DNA from: a virus
Lineage: Duplodnaviria; Caudoviricetes
DNA: 36,885 bases
Direction: 5' to 3' (one strand)
IMG/VR virus record: IMGVR_UViG_3300042376_000499
Span: 1 to 36,885 of that record
Shown: positions 22,521 to 33,600 of the stretch, piece after piece
How positions within the stretch are numbered: position 1 is the stretch's first letter
Layout of the letters: each line of letters opens with the position of its first letter
The notes under the pieces: model-generated
What the model saw: only the letters and a program-made list of their open reading frames with translations
Databases searched by the model: none
What the model was told of the DNA's origin: nothing
Made by a program: the position numbers and the translations under genes

Positions 22521-24548
22521 TCAAACTCCGAGAGTAATGTTTGCCGGGGTAGAACCAAACGCGCACACCGAAATCGTCTGCGTCGTGGCAAATTCGTTGT
22601 AGATGCGAAGTTCGTGGTTGTTCGCCGTCTTTGTTACGCTGACTCGGTTTGCCGTGCCAGTTGCATTCGTAAACGTAGATGATGGATTGGAAACAAGAGA
22701 AACGGTCGCACTCTTGTAGTCAGCAAACACCATACATGCGTCGCCGGTTGCCAAAGAAATCAGAACAGACTTTGCAGAACTCATAGTAAATCGAACCGAT
22801 TCGCCTGCCGGAACGGTAAATCCGCTGAATCCGGCATCAGTCGCACCAGCGCATGCGATGCCGTAGGTTGTCACCCCGGTGGGGAAACGGAATCCAGTTG
22901 CGTTGCCTGTATTGGCAATGACCGATCCAGTTGCAGTCAACGACCCGTTGATGGTGGATGTTCCATTGAGCGCGCACCCATTCTCGGTGATGAGCGTATA
23001 CGCCACCGCTGGATCAATGGTCAAGGAGTTGGTTTGCGAACCGACTAGCAACGAGAAGACCGCTTGCGGCCCGAGTTCAAGCTGCCCAATCGTTCCCATG
23101 ACTACTGGGGATTGAACATACGAATGCGTTGCCGAAGTTTCGGTTCCGATCTTGTACCCGAATACCGACTGGAAATCGCAATTTGAGAACATCGGACGTT
23201 CAGTTTGCGCTCCGACTCCACCGCTCTTCAGCCCGCCATCAATCTTGACACCGCAGCAGTTGGTGCGGCCGACATTGGATTCGGTGTTGCTGACATACAG
23301 GTGTTCAACGGCATACGCCTCAATGGCAGCAGTTGCCGGCGTAAACAGCGTGCAGTTGTCAATCCACAGCCCGCGGATGCCGATGGGAGCGGCGCGTACT
23401 TCTGAACCGTCAAGGTAGATGCACGACTTCCACCAAATGTAGTCTGCTGGCGATGCGGACCCTGTGGCGTCTGCGCTGCAATGAATGTTGCGAATCCAAA
23501 TGAGACCAGGACCAAAAGTGTCACCTGCGTCAGCAGCGATGCTGATCGCGCTGCCATTGCCGGTATCGTCAACGCCATCCCACGCTTGATTCTGGAACGT
23601 GAAGTTCTCAATGAACGTGAAGTTGTTGGTGTTACCCTTGAACGAGAACACGCCACGCTTTGTACCCTCAGCGCCGGCATATGTTCCGGTCCCAGTTTCG
23701 ATGTACTTCTTGTAGATTCGTGCGAAGTTCCCGGACAGGCAAACGCCGCCAGTAATCTCTGGCGGGCGCGTCAGGAAGTAATACGTCTCGCTACCGACGA
23801 ACTCGAGCACGCCACCGCCAGCAGCTGCAACCGCATCGATTGCGGCCGCAAAGGTCGGAGTGAAATCCTTGGTGACATCGTTGGTCGTCCAATTTCCCTG
23901 GACGTAGTCCATGATGTTGAACGTGTCACGGAGCTTGGTGAGGACAGTGCGCGCTGATGCTCCGGTGCCAAACTGACGGAATCCAACGAGTCCCGCGCCT
24001 GCGTTTGCAAACGTATCAACCGCCAAATCAGTTCGCAGCGCGGTATCCGTTCCGCTACCTGCCGATGGAATCGGCACCCCGTTCACATCGAAAGCCAAGT
24101 ATTTGCTGGCACGGACCGCCGCCGTCGGCAGCTCCATGTTGAGGTTGCCGTCCGAAATCGGACCCTTTAGGCTGCGGCCCACGTCCTCAGACATCTGCTG
24201 GATCTGGATCGTGGCCCGATCCAGCGAGTCCGTGATGACCTCGGGGTAGAACCCGCCCTGGTTCGTCAGGTCGGTCGGCTGAAGGTTGGCGATGTCCGAC
24301 GTGATCGTGACCGTGCTCGTCGCCGAGGCAGCCACCGTCAGATTCACCGTGCCGCCAGGGTTCGTGTTCTGGTTGCCGTTCAACGCGACCGTATAGTCGC
24401 TGCCAAGAACAAGCGACGTTTCAACGCCCGTTGAAGTGTTGAGGCGCACGACATTGAGGTCGGCGGCCGCAAACACCTTGAAAGTGTAGGGGAGTGCCGT
24501 GCCGCTCAAGAACGGGCCGGCGATGCGTGTAGTGCTGCTAATCGTCAT
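22521..24548 (-). CDS. Tailspike / tail fibre with probable beta-helix depolymerase domain, 675 aa
   Basis: Podophage anchor MTISSTTR...YTFKVF...LTNQGGFYPEVITDSLDRATIQIQQ; ARTVLTKLRDTFNIMDY...DFTPTFAAAIDA...GGGVL pectate-lyase-like cap. Confidence 0.82.
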   Translation of the reverse strand: MTISSTTRIAGPFLSGTALPYTFKVFAAADLNVVRLNTSTGVETSLVLGSDYTVALNGNQNTNPGGTVNLTVAASATSTVTITSDIANLQPTDLTNQGGFYPEVITDSLDRATIQIQQMSEDVGRSLKGPISDGNLNMELPTAAVRASKYLAFDVNGVPIPSAGSGTDTALRTDLAVDTFANAGAGLVGFRQFGTGASARTVLTKLRDTFNIMDYVQGNWTTNDVTKDFTPTFAAAIDAVAAAGGGVLEFVGSETYYFLTRPPEITGGVCLSGNFARIYKKYIETGTGTYAGAEGTKRGVFSFKGNTNNFTFIENFTFQNQAWDGVDDTGNGSAISIAADAGDTFGPGLIWIRNIHCSADATGSASPADYIWWKSCIYLDGSEVRAAPIGIRGLWIDNCTLFTPATAAIEAYAVEHLYVSNTESNVGRTNCCGVKIDGGLKSGGVGAQTERPMFSNCDFQSVFGYKIGTETSATHSYVQSPVVMGTIGQLELGPQAVFSLLVGSQTNSLTIDPAVAYTLITENGCALNGTSTINGSLTATGSVIANTGNATGFRFPTGVTTYGIACAGATDAGFSGFTVPAGESVRFTMSSAKSVLISLATGDACMVFADYKSATVSLVSNPSSTFTNATGTANRVSVTKTANNHELRIYNEFATTQTISVCAFGSTPANITLGV

Positions 24549-24572
24549 CTCTGGTGTTCCTCGGCGTATCGG

Positions 24573-24604
24573 AGGCTACGGATCATGGGTACGGTTACGG
24601 GTAC
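24573..24604 (-). promoter_or_regulatory. Putative late promoter, GTACCCGTAA-N16-TAGCCT (copy 3)
   Basis: Decamer at 24595-24604, -10 at 24573-24578, then GAGGA RBS and the tailspike ATG. Confidence 0.75.
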
Positions 24605-24609
24605 GGTAA

Positions 24610-27600
24610 TCAACGCTGCACGCCAGTCAGCGGCGCGAGCACGGCGGTAGGTCCAGTGACTTCACCCTCCACCAACGCCTCAATGCCGTCGATGGTGCGG
24701 TTGACCTGGGCGCTCGGCAAGCCCGTGAACGCGCCGAGCGTGTTGATGGCCGCTCTGCGGAAGGCGCGGTCGAACTCGAGCTGGCCCGCCTGCGTGGCAA
24801 GCCCGTAGACCTCGCCGACGGCCCGCAGGCCAGCAGGACCACCGTAGCCCATGCGAGCGCCCTCGGCGCCCGTTACAAGCTGCGCGGCCCCACCAAACTC
24901 ACGGACGATGACCATCGTGCCCATGAGGTAGGACAGTTCCTCGGCGGCAAGCTTGCGGGCAAGCGCCTCAGGATCAAGTTCGTCCTCGCCGGCGTCGGGC
25001 TGGATTACGCTCTTGATGGCGTAGCCGAGCACGACCGGGACCACCAGCAGCATGGCGTAGTCGGCGGCCAGCTTGCCCTTGCTGCGGGCCGTCATCGTCT
25101 GCACGGCGGTCATGTTGTAGACGGTATTCATGTACGAATAGAACACCGTGAACAGCTTCATGGCTGGCCCGCCGCGCTCCACAGCCGCCAAGTCCGAGAC
25201 AAGGCCGCTGCCCTGCGAGTCGCGCACCGCCTGGTCCGCGAGCGCCACAGCCCTGGCATCGTCCTTCCCGGCGTCGAGCGCCTTCTGGTACGCGCCGAGC
25301 CAGGTCGGGATATCCACCGACCGCTGCATGTTCATCATCAGGAAGTAGGTGCCGGCCGTCACCCGACGCGCCACCTCTGTCTGTCCGCGTACACGGTTCT
25401 TGATCTCGTTGATCTCGCGGAACTGCGTGCGGCCGCGCTCAGCCATGAACGAACTCTTCTCGGCGACCATCTTGGACGACTCAAACGGACTCGTCGAGAA
25501 CTGCACGATGCCCTGCCCAACGTACTTGGCACCGATTCGGACGATGCTTTGGTTGAAGCCAGTGACCTGCATGGCAGCACTCACCACGTTGAACCCGAGG
25601 CCCGACGCGCTGATGCCCTGCCGGAGCCAGGACAGGACCGACTCGCCGGCAACCTGCTGGCCACGCGCCCCGGTCGCGTTGTCCTTCGACCAGTCGCGCA
25701 GTTGCTTCAGGAACTCCGGCCCACGCGTCTCGCGGACGGCGTTGGCAAACTGCGTGTCCCGCAGCAGACGGTTCGTGGAGATAAGCCACTCGTGCCACGA
25801 CAGATCGTGGATCACGTCGTTCACCCCGCTGAACGCGGCGTCGAGCGTGTACAGGATCGGCCTGTCACGGACTTCCTTGGCACGTGCCTTGACGAACGAC
25901 CGCCGAGTAGTGGCTGCCGTATAAGCGCCCTGTAGTTCGCGCTTGGCGTCCTCGGCCGCGTCCACGGTCGCCACCCGGTCGGATGCCACCGGGTCGTACT
26001 TGACCGGGTAGTAGCCGCCCTGGAGAACGACCTCCTTGCCGTCCGACGTGCGGACGGTGAACGGCACGGGCGTCACCCAGGTCGGCTCCTTGCCATACAG
26101 CCGGCGCTCCTTGGCGGCGATCTCCGGGCGGTATCCGTCAATGAAGTCCCACACCTGCTGCACGGCCATCCATTCGGCCTCGGTCAGACTCTCGAGGACG
26201 GGCTGCAGCTTCTCCATCGTCCAACCTTCGCCGTCGAGGAGACGCTGGCGGTTGCCGTCGTTGCCGAGATTCAAGGCAATGGAAATCCGCGCCTCGCGGT
26301 TCAGGCTGCGACCGATGGACGGGAAGAACATCCCCTTACCACCCATGTTGCCGAGCGCGAACACGGGCTTCAGGATCTCTGCGAGCTTCAGGGACGCCTC
26401 GGCCCGCATGCGGGTCTCCATGTCGGAGGCGTCGTTCGCCGTGCGGATGATGGTGTTCCAGAGCGGTCCGTCCTCCTTGCCGCCGTCAAGGATGCGGGCG
26501 ATGGACGCTGCCTTCAGGTGCTGAGCAGCGAACCCGCGCAGGAACGCCGCCGTGCGGCCGATCCCGGTCAGGGGCGTGCGAGGGTCGATCTGGAGTTCGC
26601 GCACCTTGCCGACCGCACGAATGCGGGTAACGATCTCGTCGCGCACTTCCTCAAACGCAGCACGCTCCTCGGCCAAACGCATCTTCTGCTCGTTCTTGCC
26701 GATGTGCTCGATCTGACGGACGGCGTCCACCAGGTCGCGGAACTCGCTGACCTTCAGTTCCTTGTAGTTGACGCGGCGTGCCTCGTCGGTGATCTCCTCG
26801 GCGATGTCCGGCACAACGCCGGCAGCCTCGAGGTCGGCGAGGTACTTCGCCATCGTGCGGCGCTCGTCGAGACGCTTCAGGCTGACCTGAGCCACCTCGA
26901 ACCGCTCAAGCAGGCCGGCAATCTGGTCAGCAGCGGCAGCGCCCATGCGCTTGACGTTGCTGTCGCGCAGCACGCCGCGCAGGTACTTGACCTGCTTGTC
27001 CACGTATTCCTTGACCCGCAGCGCCTCGGCGGCGAGCTGATTCTGGTAGAGCTGTGCACGCTTGGCGCGGATCAGCGCCTGCTGGCGGTCAGCACCGTAT
27101 CGCTGCACCAGTTCTTCCACTGGCTCAGTGATTCCGTAGGTGCGCTGGATGCGATCTGCGTCGCGTGCAGCCCTGGACTCGGCAGCAACAAATTCACCCG
27201 GGCGCACTTCGCGGACGGTCATGTCCGAGATCATGTCGGCGGCAATTTGCTTGGCTGCCTCGAGCATGACGCGCACTGGTTGCGTCGCCTTGGCAATGTG
27301 CCGCAGCTCCACGGCCACGAACCGAGCGCGGGCCTCGTTGTGAAGCGCCTTCTGCACTTCGGCCTCGAGCGCAGCGGGAGTGTTCATTTCACCGAACCGC
27401 CGCAGCATCTCGGCATCCGTGCGCTCAGCAACTGCTTCCTTCATGGGCTTGGCGGCGAGCAGGGCGCGGACCATCTCGTCGCCGCTGCCGTAGCCAAACG
27501 TCTCGGCCACCACGTCCGGGTCCAGCCCATCCTTCCCAAGCATCCCATACTTGCCAGTTCCGAGCGGGGTGATGTCCGGGCGCACGTTCGCTGGCACGGC

Positions 27601-30600
27601 CATCCCCGTGGCGCGGATCGGCTCGACGCTTTCGGCCGACGGCATGCCGGCGTACATGGCGCGAACCTTCTCGATGTCCAGGCGGTGCGTGCCTTCAACC
27701 TCCACCTCGGCCCCGTCCGTGTCCACGAACCGACCGTAGCGCAGGTAGGTCATGGCCCGGTACACAGGTTCCACCTTGACGGTAGCGGCCACCTCGGCGG
27801 TGACTTCCTTGCGCTTGGCTTCGTGCTTCTTCTGAAGGTCGCGCAGGATGCGTGCGCGTGCGTTCCCGAGCCACTGAAGCTGCCGCATGCTGGCGGTGTT
27901 CAGGTCGGTGACGGCAGCATCCGTAGCCTCCTGCTGCATAGCCTGGTACGCGGCCCATTCAGCGTCTCCCATGCCGCTCTCGGCCTGCGTCTGGAACAAA
28001 CCCTTCATGCCACTGATGGCTTCCTGCCGCTTGATTTGCTCCTCGGACGCGAGCATGCGGTCGAACACAGAGCGGACTTCGGGCGTCAGGATCGGGAGAT
28101 CGGTGCCGAACTCGCGGCGGTAGATCGCGTTCAGATCGTCACGAATTGACTTGTACACGCGACGCATCCACGCGGCGAGACGGTCGAACACGCCGCGCAG
28201 CTCCACGCTCGGAGCCTTGCCTTCGTACAGGTAGATCTCGAAGTTGTAGGTGACCTTCTCCTCGAGCGGCCTGCGCTGGTCGATGGTCATCGTCTCGTAG
28301 TTGTCCAGGCGCTCCTGGGGAGTGGCCCCTTTCACGCCCATGAACACGAACAACGTATCGAGGTCATCCATCACACGCGCCGGCGGGGTGGTGCCACGCG
28401 CCATGCGTAGGTACTCGGCGACGCGGAGGTGGATTAGCTCGTGCGCGAGCGTCGATACGTCGCCGCCCTTGCCGACGAGGACGTTCAGAGTTCGCGGGTC
28501 GAATCCGCCGCGGGCTGGGCCGGCGGCCGCCTGAAAGAACACACCCTTGCCACCGCGTTCAAGCAAGTCAACAAACTTGCGAACGTCAGCAGTCCTAGTT
28601 TGCTCGCTGCCGTATTCCACAAACGGAATGTTGTTGCGCTCAAGAATGCTTCGGGTTTCCGCGCTTGCGTTGCTCGGAATGACGGCACCCTTGAACTCGC
28701 CAAGTCCGACAGCACGCTGCGGCTTGGCTTCAAAATACGGAACTGGAGCGGTGTAAAGCGCACTGGCAGCTTCAATTGCCTGATCAATCAATTCCGGCGG
28801 CATCTTGGAAACATCAAATCCCTCACGGCGAAGCGCATCGCGCATGGCCTTTTCGCTCTTGCGCTTTCGATTTCCGTACCTGGCAATTGCTCGCATAGAG
28901 CCATCAAGCGCAGCCCAAGTGTCGATTTGGCCGCGCCAATTAAACAAGGTGCTGTAATCGGCCATCGCATTCCGATACGCCTCAAGCAAAACGGCAGACT
29001 TCTTGCTTTCTTCAGCGTATTTTTCCGGGTCAACAATTGCCGTGCTAGCGGCTTCTCTCATCTGCTCAAGGTCAACAAATTCTTCTGACGCCGCTGCTCG
29101 TGCCGCACCTGCTCCAAAAGTCATTCCCTTTTCTTCACCCTTGACCTTGGCCGATGTCATCGCATCAACGATGTTTCCAAGCGTATACGGCTTCTTCAGT
29201 TTGCCATCACGAATGAAAGGGGCGCCGAACTGTTCTCTGATCGTGCTATCAACCCATGTCTTGAATTCTGCCTGGTACGGCTGAATTGCGGTTTCTAGCG
29301 CGTCCCTGGTTTTCGAATAAGACACCTTGTTTCTGTCAGTCTGCTGCATGTCACGTTGCAACCGCGACATGGTTCCCGGCCCGAATTCGGTAGCGTACTT
29401 TTCCACCCGACCAGCAGGCATCTCGTCTGCAATCGGCGCATACTTTGCGCGAATCGCGTTGGCATAAGCTTCTTGAAGAGCCGCGTACTCCGGCGAAGCT
29501 TCCATATCGTCGTAAGACTGATTTTGATTTACCGCGTTGTAAACCGGACGCAACGCATCAATTTCATTCCAATCCAAACCGGACAGCGTGCTTGGCACGC
29601 GCATCCTTGGTTCAATTTCAATGCCCTTGTCGCGCAAGAACAAAGCCATCGCTGCCGACGAGCTCATCCAATAGTTTGAAATCTTGCTGGCATCTGGATT
29701 GTTGACCATTCCATCGAACGTGACATCAACAATGGAACTATCGTCGTATTTCTTGGATACTTCTCGCAATCGCTGCACAAACTTGTCGGCCTTTGCGACC
29801 GGAACTTTGGGCCATTCTGGCTGCGGGAAACGAGCCGAATAAGCGTCAGCTTCAAATACCCTGGAAGTAGAAGGGTCAGCCATTTCACGCGATCCAATTA
29901 GCGTGATCTCGCCGAACCCTTCAACACCACCGGCCTGTTCAGTAACAACGCCAATAGACGGCACCGCAAGGCCACCCATGCGTTCTGCAAACGCGAGATT
30001 GTCGGCGGACAGATTGTGGACCGCCATCAAACGCGGGGCAGCAGCCGCCTGCTCAAACAGCTTCGGGCTAGTAATGTCAAAGCGGCGCGACAGCGGGACG
30101 ATGTTGCCCTGCTCGTCGTAGGTGACTGGGTCGGCGAGTTTTGCCTGCTCCTTTGCTGGGACAACATAGACCGTGCTGCGAGTCTTGTCATCAACTGAAA
30201 CGCTGTCCATCACGTTGTTGATGATGATGCCGTCGTAGCCAGACTCAAACGCAAGTCGTGCGGCTTCTTCAACCGATACCGCGCCATCAGGCAGCTGGCC
30301 AAACACCGTACGCTGGTACTCGCGCCCAGGAAATGGGATGTTGTTGTTTCTCGCACCGCTGGCATCAATGACGAGCGGGTTCTGCATTCGCAGCCGCGTG
30401 CGATACACGGCAGCGTTATTGCTTGGACTCAACCACGGGTTTCGGAAGTACGTGTAACCCTGTGCAACGGATGGCTTATTAGTGAAGAACAAGCCACTCG
30501 GCGACTCGTTGAATTCCGTGAATCCGCCCTCTGGCGTTCCGTGGAAAGCCTCAACCGTGTATCCCTGCGCACTTGCCGCTTCGTCCACCATGCGCTGCGC

Positions 30601-33600
30601 CGCTTCCATGTCGCCGCGCTCGACCGCCGCGAGGTAGTCGGCGTCAAGCGTGGCGGCCTGGTCAAGCAGCTTCGGGCTGGTGATGTCGAAGCGGCGCGAC
30701 AGCGGGACGATGTTGCCTTGCTCGTCGCGGGTTACGGCGTCTTGTCCGGGTTGACCAGACGCCTCGTCCACCATGCGCTGCGCCGCTTCCATGTCGCCGC
30801 GCTCGACCGCCGCGAGGTAGTCAGCGTCAAGCTTGGCGGCCTGGTTGAGTGGTGCGCTAACTTCTCGAACTGCGGTTTCCGGGTTGAACGCGACCACTTG
30901 CAGATGCGACCGATCTTGGCCTTGCAGTGTCGCGTTCACGCCCTTCACGATGATGCCGTCGTATCCAGCATTGCGAATCCGCTGTAGTTCATCGTTCGTC
31001 AACTTCAGAACAAAGTTTTTGTCAGCCTCACTAAAGACGAACGGGTTTTGGAGCGTTACCTCAAACTGTTTTGGAGTTCCATAAATCTCTGCAATGTCAC
31101 GATCTCGAGCGCCGTACCAACCGTTTCCAAGCGTTGTGTCGCGGGCCATTCGTTCGCGTGCAAAATCAGTCAGTTGTGCCGCCGTGGTTCCACCTGGTGA
31201 ACGCCAAGTAGTCACGGTAATTGGTTGTCCGGTCGTTGCCTTGTGCCACGCACGACGATATTGAGGAGTTGCGACACCGCTAGCGTCAACCGTTGCCGCC
31301 TGCTCAAGCGTCCCCCCCGCCTCTTGTGCTGCTGACGTTTCCCATGGCACAACCTTTGCCTCCAGCTTCGCACGCATTTCTGCTTTACGCTGGGCTTCTT
31401 TTTCTTCGTGCCGCTTCAGATCGGCTTCGGTTGCATAGGTAGCAATGACCTGTCCCCTTGACGCGACCTGCCCATTACGACGAATAATCGGACGGATGGT
31501 CTGTTTGATCGTGTCCGGTTCTGGGTTTCGCTTGTCAACTTCCTCCCAAGAAACCACCTCAACTTCAACCCATCCGTCTACGTACTTTTCACCAATGGGG
31601 TTGTGGATTTCGATGCCGCGCTGTTGCATGAACGCATCAAGCTTGGCAAGCATTCCTTCAACTGCACCAAGCGTATTGGCATCCATATCTTGGCGATGAT
31701 TGTCAAGACGATTACGTAGCCGCCACGCCTGATGAGCAATTTCCACTTCGTCGTTGGCGTTGATTGCGTCGTTTATGCGGCGCACGGAATCCTTGATTGC
31801 AGCCCCTGCCTTAGCAATGGGATTGGACTTTTCAAGCTTGTCGCTTGCCACCCTTGCGTTGTGTTCCTTAGCGCGTGCGGATAGTTCGCCAAGAGCGGTT
31901 TGGAGTGGATTGGTTTCGGTGTCAGTAAGCGGAGCAACGGCCTGTGATGGAGCAACTGGTACAGCCATACCTTCGCCGCGCACCTGCAATGGCACGCCGC
32001 GCTCGCGCTGGTACTGCGCCGGCGTCATCCCGGCCTCGGCCGCGTCCACGACCACCATCGCCTGGCGCAGTTTGGCAATCGTCCGCGCCTCGATGTCGGT
32101 GAACTGGCCGACCGCACGGACCTGCTCAAACGCCTCGTCCTCGACCTGCTGCGCCTCGGCGACGAACGCCGCGTCGGCTTCCTGCTTCGCTGCAAGGATC
32201 GTGCGCGCCTCCTCCACAACTGCCTGCCGCTCAGCCGCAAACGCCTGCGCCTCGGTCGCGCTCATGGCGTCCGGCGACAAGCGCATGTGCGGCAGCAGCG
32301 CGTTCCCGAGTTCCGTGTTGGCGAGCCGAGCGCCAAACTGCGAGGTCGGGATGGTCACGTCGCCGCCTGTCTCCACAGCCTGTTCCAGACGTTCGCGGAT
32401 GCCAGGGAGGAGTTCCTCGAGCTGCGCCGTCGTGGTGCCGCTCTGCGCGAGCACGTCACGGGCGGTGGCTGCGTCTATGTAGATCGTCTCTGCAGGCGTG
32501 TCCTGGGCCTGTGCGGCGAGGAAACGCTCGTATCCCTGCGGGTTGCGCTGGGCAAGTTTGCTTTCCTTGCGATTCTCGGCAAGGCCGTTGAAGAAGTCCT
32601 GCTGCCGCTGCGTGGCGCTGGCGCGGCGCAGGTTCACTACGAGATTCGCGCCTGGGCCGATACCGCCGAGCAGGGCAGACGCCATGCCGCCGTAGGCGAA
32701 CGCCTCAATGACGCGGCCCGTGGCATCGCGCAGGCTCGTCTCGCTGTCGATCCCATCAGCCGCCTTGGCGATCTCCTCGGACGCGATGCCAACGATTTCC
32801 TGCAATCCTTCTTCAGCCGCTTCGCCGCCGACCTGTAGGCCATATGCCTTGCCGGCAGCGATGAGCGCCGAACGCATGGTCGGCTGCGCGATGGCCTTGG
32901 AAACCTCCTCGCGGATCACCTTGGACGCGAGCGCCTTGAACGGAGCGGACGCGATCTTCATGCCGACCACTTCGATCAGGCCGTTCAGGAAACCGCCGGC
33001 GACAGCAGCCGGGATAGCCGCGTCATCGGACACCCCTTCCTCGCGCATGTCGAGGTACAGGTTTCCGGCCTCCATCGTCCCCGTACCAGCCATAACACCT
33101 GCCGACGCGCCAAGTGCGCCACCAGCCACGGTGCCCGCCGGACCTGCCAAGCTGCCGAGAGCAGCGCCGCCAACGGTCGCCGTGCCGATAGTGCGGAGTT
33201 GGCTGACGTTCTGCGCGATCATCTCTGCCGCTGAACCAACCAATCCCTGCTGGCCGAGCGCCTGCATGCGCTGCGTAAGTTCTTTGGCACGGTCGAAATC
33301 GCCAGGTTCAGCAAACCCAGCCATCGCCTTCGCACCGATATCGCCGCGCTCGGACACAATTGCCCCGCGCTCGTAACCCGCGCCAACCACACGGAACAAT
33401 CCGCCCTGGGTCTGAAGCATCGCGGCCTCGAGCACCAGCGGTCGAAGCATGGACAGGACGCCGACATCGTCGCTCGCCTGCGCGGCAAACTCACGGTCGG
33501 CGATGTATCTAGCAAGGACTGGGTCTTTCCGCAGGAGATCCATTCGCTCCGTGTCCTGGACCATCGCTTGCCGGCGCATTTCCGCCATGTTCCGCAGCGC

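Noticed and set aside
24554-24808. Plus-strand ORF containing GYGYGYG
   Set aside because: The repeat arises from the late-promoter DNA motif (GGTACGG units); the rest is antisense to the giant gene.
30058-30845. Near-identical repeats considered as DGR template/variable repeats, since BPP-1-like phages can carry DGRs
   Set aside because: No reverse transcriptase or avd gene; mismatches are few, mostly synonymous and not adenine-specific; both copies are in-frame coding.
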